Positions 27,071-40,008 of a stretch of 64,000 nt of DNA are shown in pieces (the stretch's first letter is position 1; each line of letters begins with the position of its first letter). The stretch covers positions 2,170,001 through 2,234,000 of the forward strand of contig OX597827.1 in the NCBI GenBank assembly GCA_951406725.2, written 5' to 3'. The DNA comes from Octopus vulgaris (Eukaryota). The position numbers were made by a program, and so were the translations under genes. A model generated the notes under the pieces. It worked only from the letters and a program-made list of their open reading frames with translations. It ran no database searches and was not told the DNA's origin.

Positions 27071-27367
27071 GAAGGCGCATGGCTCAGTAGTTAGAGCGTT
27101 GAGCTTACGATCGTGAGGTTGTGAGTTCGAATCCCGGACCGAGCTGCATGTTGTGTTCTTGAGCAAGACACTTTATTTCACGTTGCTCCAGTTCACTCAG
27201 CTGAAGAAATGAGTTGCGACGTCTTTTCCTTGGACAACATCGGTGGCGTGGAGAGGGGAGGCCGGTATACATGGGCGACTGCTGGTCTTCCATAAACAAC
27301 CTTGCCTGGACTTGGAGGGTAACTTTCTAGGTGCAATCCCATGGTCAGTCATGACTAAAGGGGGTCT
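27071..27367 (+). mobile_element. SINE family C with tail type 2
   Basis: A box tggctcagtagttag, B box gagttcgaatccc, tail ...ggtgcaatcccatggtcagtcatgactaaagggggtct. Confidence 0.85.
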
Positions 27368-27434
27368 CAGCAGCATGGTTATCGTTGCAGTTGCTGCTAT
27401 TGTCTTATTTATTGTTGTTGTTGTTGTTAAGTGT

Positions 27435-27758
27435 GAAGGTGCATGGTTTCGCGATCACAATATTCGGCCCACGATCATAAGGTTGTGAGTTTGTTTACTG
27501 GCATCGCATTTTCTGTCCTTGAGCAAGACACTTTATTTCACGCTGCTCCAGTCAACTCAGTTGGCAAACACAAGTAGTACTTGTAATTCAAAAGGCTGGC
27601 CTTATCACATTCTGTGTCACGTTGAATCTCCCTTACAACTACTCAAAGAGTACGTGTGTCTTTGGAATACTCAGCCACTTGCACGTTAATTTCACGAGCA
27701 GGCTGTTCCGTTGATCGGATCAACCGAAACACATGTCGTTGTGACCGATGGAATGCCT
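27435..27758 (+). mobile_element. SINE family C with tail type 1
   Basis: Homologous to 9885-10196. Confidence 0.8.
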
Positions 27759-27774
27759 AAAACAATTGTTGTTA

Positions 27775-27960
27775 AGCATCAAGTCATCCCTGATCGAGCA
27801 TACCTATCATCAAAGGCGTTCCAGTCGAGGCCAACCCATTTTTATGACTATTTATGACAACTATACCCAATACGATTTCTCCTTCTTAAGGAAGAGCATG
27901 TGATTTAAAAGGCATTTTGCTTCTATTTCTAGCAGGTCAAGTGACCACAGAGCTGTCTTC
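27775..27960 (+). repeat. Old unclassified dispersed repeat
   Basis: tatcatcaaaggcgttccag and gcttctatttctagcaggtc resemble motifs at ~330-360, ~580-605, ~18360-18400 and ~31535-31560. Confidence 0.45.
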
Positions 27961-29043
27961 GTTTAATTTCTAGAATTAGCAGCCAAAATTACGCCAAACC
28001 ATATTATGTCGTCTTAAAAATGACAACACACACTACATAATATTGTCTTAGAAAGGCTATGGCAGGAAAAAAACAGGGCTATCTCCATAGAATTATAGGT
28101 CCTGGGCAAATGAATAGACTGAGTCTTATTGTATATATTTATAGACAGCAAGCCACAATACATAGTTCAGAATTGAGCTCCTAGGTCCGTGAAGCTCTCC
28201 CAGCAACTGCTCTGCGAGTCCATGCCTTAAGACAGCCGTGATGGTCAGTAGCTGTTATACCTCCGATTATACGTCAACTCGATCAGGTGTGACCTGGAAC
28301 TAAACAACAAATCAGTTTATATGGTAACCCTGGTTTATAAATAAATGAATGAATTAATTAATTAATTTTTTTAAATGCCTCCCTTAATTCATTCTCACCA
28401 TTTTGAAGTGGGAGACTGAGAGAGAGAGATACCACACCAAAAAATGCAGCCCCTTATAAATAATTAAATGAAACCGAAAATATTAAAAGAACTGTACCAC
28501 CCACCCCACTCTTTCTCCCACCTCACTCTTTCTCCCACCTCTCTCTCCGTTCTTTCTCCCCTGTCTACCACAACAGCAGTGATGTCTGCTCCACTGAACT
28601 AACAAGTCCACCCGTGTGCATCCATCCGCCTGTGTTTTAGTATTCTAGTCGTTTGATAAAATGTGTTATTTTGTACTCAAATCAATAATCGATTTTGTTA
28701 AAATCTCGAGAGCGCATTAATAACTGCGTGGGCGCTCGCTCGAACTCCAAGAACTGGCTGCCAAGCATCCCTCAAATCACAACTTACTATTTAAAAAAAA
28801 AAATTAAAGAATAAAAGTTGATTCACATTGGATAATGATGTCCAAGATAGTGTGTGTGTGTGGGGGGGGTTTACATACGGATTTAAGTATGGATGGATGG
28901 AAGTATGGATATATGGATGTAAGTAAAATAACAAACAAGGAAGACAAGGAGTTTCTAACAATGCAAAAAGAGTAAGTTAAGTAGTTTAGTAACCTTTATA
29001 GTTCGGGCACAAAGGCCCTTTATAATAAGTGTGTAGTTTGGGG

Positions 29044-29215
29044 CAGGGGTTCTCAACCCTTTTTATATCCATTGATCCCTTTAATTGTTATTTTATTCTG
29101 GTGACACCCAGAGTCATTCGTTGTTTAAAAATCAGTTTTATAGAAGATTCTTCCAAAATTCCTATTTTATTTTTCGCAGATTCCCTTGTGTAGGTTGAAC
29201 TATGTAAAGATTGGA
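29044..29215 (+). mobile_element. hAT-like MITE end fragment
   Basis: Begins CAGGGGTTCTCAACC, typical of hAT/Charlie-type TIRs; the other end was not found. Confidence 0.45.
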
Positions 29216-29217
29216 AA

Positions 29218-29380
29218 GAGTTTAGTCGAATATACCGACCCCAGTACTCATTTCTTTAAAGCCTGCTAGTTGGTCTACCGGTGTCCCATGCCGAACCGCT
29301 AGAATATATAGAGACATAAACACACCAGCACCGGTTTCCAAGAGGTGGTGGTGGGGCAAACGCAGACGCAAACACCCACC

Positions 29381-29450
<70 letters not shown>

Positions 29451-29600
29451 CGACCATACAGTTTTCACCTGCCAGATTCACTCGGACTGCAATTGTTCGA
29501 ACCGAGGCTGTCGCAGAAGACACTCATTCAACGTTCCCCGCAGTGGGTCTGAAGCCAAAATCACGTAGTTTCAAAGCAAAGCTCTTCACCACATAGCCAC
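29218..29600 (-). mobile_element. SINE family A, degenerate
   Basis: gccgaaccgctag...aaacacaccagcaccggtt...(TA)n...gcagtgggtctgaagcc...ccacatagccac. Confidence 0.7.
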
Positions 29601-29614
29601 GTATCTATCCATCC

Positions 29615-29716
<102 letters not shown>

Positions 29717-29782
29717 GTCTGTATATATATGTATATGTATGTGTATACATTCATTAGAATTGACTTGAATCTTAATTGCTTT

Positions 29783-29881
<99 letters not shown>

Positions 29882-30022
29882 CACACATAAATATTGTCAA
29901 TGGATCGAAAAAGAAGCATGGGCATATATTTGACAGCATGTAAATAAATGTGTGTGTTTATGTATGTCTGTCTGTATGTCTGTATGTATGTCTGTCTGTC
30001 TGTATGTATGTATGCATGTATG

Positions 30023-30053
<31 letters not shown>

Positions 30054-30493
30054 TTAGGTATACATGTAGCTATGTATGTGTCTCTGGGAGCAGATTTTTC
30101 AAATGTTAAAAAAAAAAAACAGAATTAAATTAGAGAAATAAATAAATGCAAAGTGAAATAAAACTCTCCTAATTACCACGTTACGTACAACCCGTATTTC
30201 AGACTGAGTTAAGGCTCTGCTGAATTAAAGGCTGAACAGATTTATGTTCTGTCCTGTCAGCGAGACAGAAACATGTATTTTTATTATCTTAACATGTCAA
30301 CCAAAGACAAAATTTCAAATGTTAACGCTTGGTGGCACGAAGAATGTATCACGTTTGTACCGGTAGTGTTTATTCCACTACACCAGATATTAGCCGCTGT
30401 GTTCTGACATGGTATTGTTGTAATGGAGTTGGGATGTTCAGGAGGACAACGGGCAGATAACTCCGCGTCGGTATAGGAATAAATGTATATGTG

Positions 30494-30537
<44 letters not shown>

Positions 30538-30586
30538 TGTATATCTATAATACACACATATATATGTCTCTGTATGTGTGTGTATA

Positions 30587-30671
<85 letters not shown>

Positions 30672-30686
30672 ATATATATATATATG

Positions 30687-30729
<43 letters not shown>

Positions 30730-30843
30730 TTATATGTGTATGTATATGTATATATATATACATATGTAAACAAGCATGTATAAGTGTGTGTGTACGTAAA
30801 TGCGAGCAGGTGTATTTGTTTATCTGCGCGTGTTTCTCTCTCT

Positions 30844-30877
<34 letters not shown>

Positions 30878-31083
30878 TTGTGTATTTGATGGCTTTGTTG
30901 AGTTTGAATAGACATGGATAAGCGATCAATTCAATGGAAATTCGAGATCGCTTTCGGTTCTTGTTGTCTTTTCTGGTTTATTCGTTTCGCTATTTTCAAC
31001 ATCACTATGAACATGATATTGTGTCTTTGTGTGCGTATGTCTGTGCGTTTGCGTGTGTATGTGGGCATGTGCCTGTGCATATT

Positions 31084-31121
<38 letters not shown>

Positions 31122-31170
31122 TGTCTGTGTGTGTGTGTATATATATACATATATATATATGTATGTATGC

Positions 31171-31231
<61 letters not shown>

Positions 31232-31659
31232 GACAATGATAATTCTCCATTTTAGTGAAATATTAAAAACTGCTGCTTATATTCATTTTCCGTATTCACA
31301 TTAGCGAGCGAATCACCAAATCATCAATTAATTTGGATGACAAAATCATAAATATTAACAGAGAGAGAAGCAAGTTCGAAATAGTCGAAGTTCAAGTCAG
31401 TCTTAACTGATGAAGCAACGGAAATTGCCGAAACTGACGTTACTATTAAGATTTCTGGATCAGCATTTTTCGGACGATTCAGGTCCCTGGTAGTGTATAT
31501 GTTTACATTTATGTGTGTTGAATACAGCATTGGAGTGTTTTAGCTCTTATTTCTAGCAAGGTAGATGTTTCTAACATCCTAGTCACATTTAGTGACTATA
31601 ATGATTCTTCTTTTTCGTTAAATATTGCAAACTGCTGTTTGTATTAATTGCACGTGTGT

Positions 31660-31708
<49 letters not shown>

Positions 31709-31879
31709 TACACATACACACATAGACAGAGATACACATACACACACACAGACACACAAGCATACACTAAGTTTTAAAATATATGTATACTCCACCGAGT
31801 ACACCATAACTCTTATTTAAAATACTTAGCAGTGTTCATAAATTTGTGATTTATGTGGGGCAGCAACGTGTATGTAAAT

Positions 31880-32340
31880 ATATGTGTGTATATTTATTAA
31901 TGTATGTATGTATGTATGTATGTATGTATGTATGCATGTGTATGTATGTATATTTATTAATGTATGTATAAATAATATATACGTATATATATGTGTATTT
32001 AATATATCATATATGTATATATATATGTATTTATATTATATATACATATATATATATATATGTTATATATATGTATATATATAATATTATATATATATAT
32101 ATATATATGATATATATGCATATATATTATATACATACATATATATTGTATATGTATGTGTGTATACACATATATATATATATATATGTATATATATGTG
32201 TGCATATATGTATGTATATATATGTATATATATATGTGTGTATATATATATATATATATGTGTATATACATGTGTATATATATATGTGTATATATATATG
32301 TGTATATATATATGTGTGTGTATATATGTGCGTATATATA
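31880..32340. repeat. Degenerate (TA/TG) low-complexity tract
   Basis: Direct reading. Confidence 0.9.
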
Positions 32341-32494
32341 ACGACCAGCGACGTTGAGACTGCACTCCAACGCTGTTCCATATGTTTTATTGAAAATAGG
32401 AAAATGTGCTGAAGTCTTAACTTTGTGATAAAATACACTGATGTGATAAGTTTCAAGATAATGATGACGAAAGCAATATCAAGGAGACCTCATC

Positions 32495-32730
32495 ACCTTC
32501 TTCTTCTTCTTCTTCTTCTTCTTCGTCTCCCTCTTCTTCTTCTTCTTCTTCTTCTTCTCCTCCTTCTTCTTCTTCTTCATTTTCTTCTCCTTCTCCTTCT
32601 TCTTCTTCTTCTTTTTCTTCTTCATTTTCTTCTTCTTCTTCTTTTTCTTCTTCTTCTTCTTCTTCTTCCTCATCTTCTTCTTCTTCTTCTTCTTCTTCTT
32701 CTTCTTCTTCTTCTTCTTCTTCTTCTTCTT
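32495..32730. repeat. (CTT)n microsatellite
   Basis: Direct reading. Confidence 0.95.
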
Positions 32731-33439
32731 GTCACCGTTATCAACCCCAATCTTGGTGTGATAATAACGTGTCGACATGGTATGTTGACACGGTGAGTAT
32801 TTATAAGTTTTGTTTACCCTAGATAACGCTTCATGTACCAGTGCTCCCCCCGCCTACCACACCGTCTCCTCCACAACCCACTGTGTTATGTATGAACGTT
32901 ACTGAAGATATTTGTCTATACCAGTCTTTATCAATTCGTATCCCACGTATGCGAAGGCCCGCGGCATACTAATACTCAGGATATCGCACACACAGAACCG
33001 CAACATCGAGGTTTCATTAACTGAACCGAGGGTTGCGTTTTACTTTTGTACAGAACACTCCATTTAACTTTTTCCAGTTCACTCAATTGTAAATGAGAAA
33101 TCCTGGGACAGCTTTCTGCCCTGTTCAGGGGAAATGACTGCCGTTTCTTACAGTTGCGCTCTGCGGAAACCAGGCAGAATACCGAATGAATTTTAGAACT
33201 CGAGGAGATATTTTCCAGGAGACTTCAAATAATTATATCCTTTTACACAGATTTAAAACCCGACGATGTTATGTCGGAGTTACTTCGCTTCACTTCAAAC
33301 ATTTGCTACTGTCGTTCGTTTAGAAGATGGCAACATGTTTAAGTATGACAATGAAACTGAAAATCTGAAGATCATGAACTCAATAAGAATTTTTTCTCTG
33401 TGTCTCTCAATATCTATCTATCTATCTATTTTTTAATTT

Positions 33440-33632
33440 TTTAATTTTTTTAATTACTTTTTATTTTTATTTTTTGTTCTTTTTTTCCCCTTTTACGATC
33501 CCTTTTGATCGAAAACCTACGCCACCTTTTTTTTGTTTCTTTTGTTTTTTGTTTCTTTCATCCCCCAAAAGAAAAGCTCTACCTTGTAACTTGTCCCATC
33601 TGTGTGCAGCCCTGTGTGGCCAATAAAGAAAC
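33440..33632 (+). mobile_element. Putative 3' UTR end of a LINE (L1/Tx1-like)
   Basis: T-rich segment ending ...cagccctgtgtggccAATAAAgaaa before a microsatellite. No coding part is present, so the clade is inferred. Confidence 0.4.
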
Positions 33633-33702
<70 letters not shown>

Positions 33703-34776
33703 ATGCTCACACGCATAGAGAGAGAGAGAGAGAAATATAGACAGTGTGTGTGTTGAGTATATAAATATAATGGCTACTTGTTTCTCTGGGATTAGTGAAG
33801 TGATGTAGACATATTTGATGAGACCCCAATAAGGGTCGAATATCGATTAAAGCTGCTCATGCTCACCATTTATTTAATTTACTGAGAAGTAAATTAAATT
33901 TGACGCATCGCATGTCTCCTACGTAAGTTTACCATACACACACACACACACACAGGTATAAATGTATATATATAAAGAGAAGAAATAGAGGAAGAAGGCC
34001 GTAACATCACTTATGCGATTCGAACGCCGTCTCTTGTAAATCTTATGGACAGGCTAACCATTACACCAAAGCGACATGACCATGGTGACCGTCCAAATTA
34101 AGAAGCCTTAGCACGAACAGTAGGTTTATAGTTCGTTTAATTACGTGGTTTGTTCGACGTCTTCTTTCCCGAAATAACGTTTAATATTCACTTCTTTCTA
34201 ATGTTTTACAAAAAGCAAAAAAAAAAAGAAAATTAAAAACTGTCAAACAAACAAAAAGCAGTAGATAATATTTGTGCAGTGGCTTACTCATATTGTCTTA
34301 TACTCTATTATCCAGCATGTGTCTCTTGTTTTAGATATTTGCGTGGATTAATGCCTGCTGTATTAAATGTTTGCAGAAATTGCTCAGAGAAAACTAAAAA
34401 ATAAAAAAAATAAAAAACGAAGACCCAAATAACGAAATTATATTGGACCTCGTTGCAACATTAGTTATGTTTCTATCCCCAGATAACTCAATGTCATTTC
34501 CATATTTTTATCTCGACAAAGATATTTTTAAAAATGTATTTTAAATATAGGTATTGTACCTGGTTAAGATATTTTGCTCCTAAAAACCTCATCTCTAAAC
34601 ACCAGTGGGCTTCCTAGGACGCATTTGACCTTTTCCGCTCTCTGGTGAGCTAAAACGACCCCCAATACAGGGGTCCCTGACCACTGAGCCACATAGAAAA
34701 TTATATTTCTATTTTACAGATTATTGCAGTTTGTAGGGTATTTTTTCATTAAATATGTAATATATATGTATTATAA

Positions 34777-34975
34777 GTCGGCAAGCTTGCGGAAACGCTA
34801 GCATGCCGGGCGAAATGGTTAGCGATATTTCGTCTGTCTTCACGTCCTGAGTTCAAATTCCACCGAGGTCAATTTTGCCTTTCATCCTTTCGGGATCGAT
34901 GAATTAAGTAGCATTTGCATACTGGGGTCGACCTCATCAAAAATTTCGGGCCTTGTGCCTAGAGTAGTAAAGAAT
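34777..34975 (+). mobile_element. SINE family B with the ordinary tail
   Basis: ggcaagcttgcggaaacgctagcatgccgggcgaaat...gagttcaaattccaccgaggtc...aaatttcgggccttgtgcctagagtag. Confidence 0.85.
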
Positions 34976-35735
34976 GTATATGCATTATATATGTAATAAT
35001 TAGATTATATATTATACCCTTAATTGTGTTTCGTTTATATGATTTCCCTCGGTGTGTGGGGACCGAGAGAAATCAAACATAGACACAAACACAAACTGTC
35101 ATGCATGAAATCAGTCCGTGGTGCAAAGAAATGATTGGCGAACCTTGCCCAATCGGATGTCACTGTTAAGAATCATTTGGCTTCAATAGTGCAGCAAGAA
35201 ATCGTTTCCAGTTTGAAGAATCACTGAGAATATCTTCGACTTCCAGAAGAGACAGCCTCCTCTCCGTATCTTCTTTTGTTCAGTTCATTTTTGATATTTT
35301 CCCCTTGATAATAGGTCATGCTCCAAACAGTCCCCCAATGTCTTAAGAGGATTTGGCTTTGGTGGATATGAGGTAGCATGAGCGGATTTGGCCGTGAATG
35401 TAGGTAATACTACTGGATTTGACCGTGATGTGTAACCTTCTAATCTTTAGATTTTGGCTATCTTCACATTTTTTCTTCTTTGTTATTGGTAGAGACGCGT
35501 ATTAGCGAGGGTGTTAAACTCATAATCGCAAGATTGTGGTTTCAATTCCAGGACCGGCCGACGCGTTGTGTCCGTCGCATTTTTCTCCATTTTCTGCTTC
35601 CTTGCTACCTCAACTGTCTTTTGATAGCTTGCTTCTGTGTTCAATGCTCCAGGCTCTTCTCAATGTCTTAAGATGATGCGATAGAACCACCAGAATCGGC
35701 CTTGGTGACCGTGGTGTGGTACAAGAAGATTTGGT

Positions 35736-35975
35736 AGAGGCGCATGGCTAAGTGATTAGGGTGTTGGACTCATGATCGTAAGACTGTGGTTTCGATTCCT
35801 GGACCGAGCGACAAGTTGTGTTCTTGAACAACACACTTTATTTCACGTTGCTCCAATCCACTCAGCTTGTAAAAGTAAACCTGCTATGGGCCGGTGACAC
35901 GTCCATGTGGAGAATATATATGCTATGGAAACCGGGAAACCGGCCCTTAAGAGTCTACAGGGCTTGGAAAGAAAC
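35736..35975 (+). mobile_element. SINE family C with tail type 3
   Basis: gaggcgcatggctaagtgattaggg...ggtttcgattcctggacc...ggaaaccgggaaaccggccc. Confidence 0.8.
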
Positions 35976-36784
35976 TAAGGAACAAGCGGATTTGGTCGTG
36001 ATGGCCTGTAGGTAGTACTTCTGTATTTGGGCGTGATGTGTAACCTTCTGATCTTTAGATTTTTGGCAGTGAGGATGGCGCCGTTTCTTTATTGCTTTCG
36101 CTATCTTCGTATTTCTTCCTTATTATTTTTATTATTATTTTGGTTCTCTTGTTGTTATTGCTGTTGCTGTTGTTGTTGGCTTTGGTGGTGGAGGTAATGG
36201 TTCTTTTTCTTTCTTCTTACTTTCTCTGATTTTTCGCTCACGTTCAAGCAGAAATTGCTTCCTGTTGACGCGTTTTAAACGCGATACTTTCGAAATCTCT
36301 CTGACAGAATAATTTTAGCAGAATTTATTCTCGGGATCGACTTTCTTAATTTAAACTAAACTAAAAAAAAAAAAACTCAATTTTATTTCTTCTGAAACAA
36401 ACTTCTTCTTAGCCTCAACCTCCACCTCTACCTCACACCACTACCCAAATCAGCACCACCATCGCTACAGCCAATAATACCATCAGCATCAGCATCACCA
36501 TCACATCACAACGAAATCACCACCAACAATAACAAGAATAACAAAACTAAAAATATTTCACATAAAATACAAAGAACTACTAAATTAAAAAAACAATCTG
36601 ATTTATTTTAAGATATTACTTTACTTGGTAAAATTCAATTCAGGAATGATGGGTTGGGGCACAGTTTAAAGAAATCCGAGCAAAATTATTTCTTGGAGAT
36701 GTTGCTACCATCTTTTATATTCTTTAGTTTTTCTTCCTCTTTATTTTATGCTATTTCACTTTATACTCTGATTGCTTTGTTATC

Positions 36785-36841
<57 letters not shown>

Positions 36842-37124
36842 TTATGTTTTTTTTTTTTCAGACACAGAAAATTACCATTACGATGTGAAATTAACTTTCG
36901 CCGGTGTCACTACTATTGATAATTAGAATCATCATCGAACTCACACACGCATGTGCACTCGTACACGCACGCACGCACACGCTTCCGCACACACATACGC
37001 TTACGCACACGCACACGCACACAAGTACGCAGATACACATGTTTGTACCGATCGCTCTACGCAATCATTGCACATGCATTCATAGATACACTCACATACA
37101 CGTACATATATATATATAACACAA

Positions 37125-37156
<32 letters not shown>

Positions 37157-37225
37157 ATGTATGTATATACGGATTTATGTCTATGCGAGTGCACATACAT
37201 GCATATATATGCCTTCATCCGTATA

Positions 37226-37303
<78 letters not shown>

Positions 37304-37436
37304 TATATAAATATATATAAATATATATAAATATATATATAAATATATATAAATATATATACGCATGTATATAGAGAGAGTGATACACACACATATATAT
37401 AGAGCGATATGTCCTACACACACGTATATATATACG

Positions 37437-37469
<33 letters not shown>

Positions 37470-37842
37470 ATGTGAGTGTGTGTGTGTGTGTAAATGACTT
37501 GTCGTTCCATTAGTTTTTCTGTATCTCTATATCACTTTCTCCAATTTATGTTTTTAACGTAATAAAATTTCAAAACAGACGACCGTTGAAGGTAAAAACC
37601 AGGGGTAGATTGGATTTGAAACTGAAATTCTAATATTAATCAAAATGCCCAAAATATATCAATGATTATTCTGAGGTTATGAAATTTATCTTTTAATTTA
37701 TTAATTACTTTCTTTCGAATTCGCTTCCTCTATCTAGACATCTGCCAAAATTTCACTCTTTAACTACACCTTCACTTTTCTCTCTCCTTCCCTTTCTATC
37801 TCTCTGTCTGTCTGTCTCTCTCTTTATATATATATATATATG

Positions 37843-38221
37843 TTCTTTTATTCTTTTATTTGTTTCAGTCACTTGAGCGCGGTCATGCTGGAGCACCGCC
37901 TTTAGTCGAACAAATCGACCCCTGGACTTATTCTTTGTAAGCCTAGTACTTATTCTATCGGTCTCTTTTACTGAACCGCACGGATGCGGGGACGTAAACA
38001 CAGCAACATCGGTTGTCAAGCGATGGTGGGGGAACAAACACAGACACATAAACACACCAAGATTAATCAGCCGAAATTGCGAGGATGATCCGGTTCATGA
38101 CTGAGGAGAAAAGGCTTCGAATGCCCCGCCCTTGTTTTTTTGTATCGTCTATCTGGATGTTTTGTTGTCCCTTTTTGTATCACCTAGCTGTCCGGATGTT
38201 TTGCGTTCTTGTCCCATTTTG

Positions 38222-38275
<54 letters not shown>

Positions 38276-38362
38276 GCGAGGGGCTTCTTTCTGTTTCCGT
38301 CTACCAAATTCATTCACAAGGCTTTGGTCGGCCCAAGGTGCCATGCAGTGGGACTGAACTCA
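37843..38362 (-). mobile_element. SINE family A with a (TA)n-associated element (38058-38225) inside its spacer
   Basis: Tail half at 37843-38056 and partial head half at 38278-38362. Confidence 0.8.
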
Positions 38363-38429
38363 ATACCATATGTGTGTGTGTGTGTGTGTGTGCGCGCGCG
38401 CGCGTTTGTGTATCAGCTATATAACCACA

Positions 38430-38590
38430 CGCTTGCTGTCTGTGATTTTTTTCCTTCTCTCTGGACTTTTCTACTTCCTTTCTGGCAAAGAGCTATGTTC
38501 GAAACGTCATAAACACTCTTACCACTTTGCCACTCTTACCGAGTATCAAAATAATACATTCCATGTGCACGTCTCTTGTTGTCTTGTTAT
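38430..38590 (+). repeat. Degenerate homologue of the 12040-12250 cassette
   Basis: tctggcaaagagctatgttcgaaacgtca aligns with tccgacgaagagctccgctcgaaacgtta; flanks also align. Confidence 0.55.
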
Positions 38591-38989
38591 TGTTTTGTTA
38601 TTGCAAATGAAAGCTCCTAATCTATTATGCCGGGTACAGCCTAATGATGCCAACTGTCGATACCAGATTTTGAGATCGCACCGAGCTGTGCCGATATAAT
38701 GTAGAATAAATATAGCAATAACAACGATAATCTTTGGATGGAATTTATGTATGTATGCATGTATGTATGTATGTATGTATGCATGTATGCATGTATGTAT
38801 GTATGTATGTATGTATGTATGTATGTATGTATGTATGTATGTATGTATGTATGTATGCATGTACGCATGCATGTATGTTCATGCACATCTGTGATTAGAC
38901 TTCCAAATACATTCGTATGTAAAATAAAAGGCGAGTCTCCGACAACTATTTTAGTATTAGGAATCTTAGCATCAACCCGATATCTTTAA

Positions 38990-39540
38990 ATTGTGGTGCC
39001 TGTTCCTTGTTCGTCTAAATTATCTATGGATCCCTCCATTTGGCATGCTTCGTAAGAAAATTGTGCTTCCACTTGTGCCCTAATAATCTCGTCAGTATGC
39101 GATCCAGATAGCAATGAGTTGCTCTCGTTGCTTGCACGAATGGCTTTCTTTTCCGAGATTTTATGTTTGCTTATGTTTTGCAAGAAATCAGCCATAGAGC
39201 ATATGCAGAAATGACCACCTTCACCCATCAGTGCTCCAGAATTCCCAGCAATGGTTCTTTGTGTGTTTGGTCTCACCATATCTACAGCCTCTAAGATGCA
39301 AACGCTCCGCTTTTACAAATCTATCTTTCTATGTGCCTTAAGAACCTTCAAGAGACCTCTCTTGCCTCTAGTAATTCTATGTCACCACTTCTTGAGGTTT
39401 CATTGCCAGTCCTACCTGTCTTTTGACAAACCACTCCAGCAGTCACGTGGTGCTAACGGTACGTTTAAACTTCTTTCACAGTTTCAGGGAATTTCTGAAT
39501 CCCTCAGTCTTCGAGGATATTTATAGTTTACAGAAAACAC
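38990..39540 (-). pseudogene. Highly decayed RLE non-LTR retrotransposon fragment, possibly HERO-like
   Basis: Frameshifted peptides ETVKEV*TYR*HHVTAGVVCQKTGRTG, CWEFWSTDG*RWSFL and GHKWKHNFL occur in the order of HERO-type motifs as I recall them. Confidence 0.4.
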
Positions 39541-39622
39541 TGTTTCATTCCCTCTGCAACAACAATTTGCCGATTTTCTTCTCTCTTCTTCTATAGTATC
39601 TCTCTCTCTCTCTCTCTATCTG

Positions 39623-39681
<59 letters not shown>

Positions 39682-39741
39682 CTATCTATCTTTAAATAGA
39701 GATAGATAATGTGTGTATAAATCTATATATCAACATACATA

Positions 39742-39897
<156 letters not shown>

Positions 39898-39948
39898 TAC
39901 ATATATATACACATACATATACATATACTTATACATATACATATTTAT

Positions 39949-40008
<60 letters not shown>

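Noticed and set aside
27071-27140. Functional tRNA gene
   Set aside because: A and B boxes run into a SINE body and there is no acceptor stem; the same holds for the other SINE heads.
32935-32975. Possible Helitron 3' end
   Set aside because: Weak hairpin, no CTAG terminus and no second copy.
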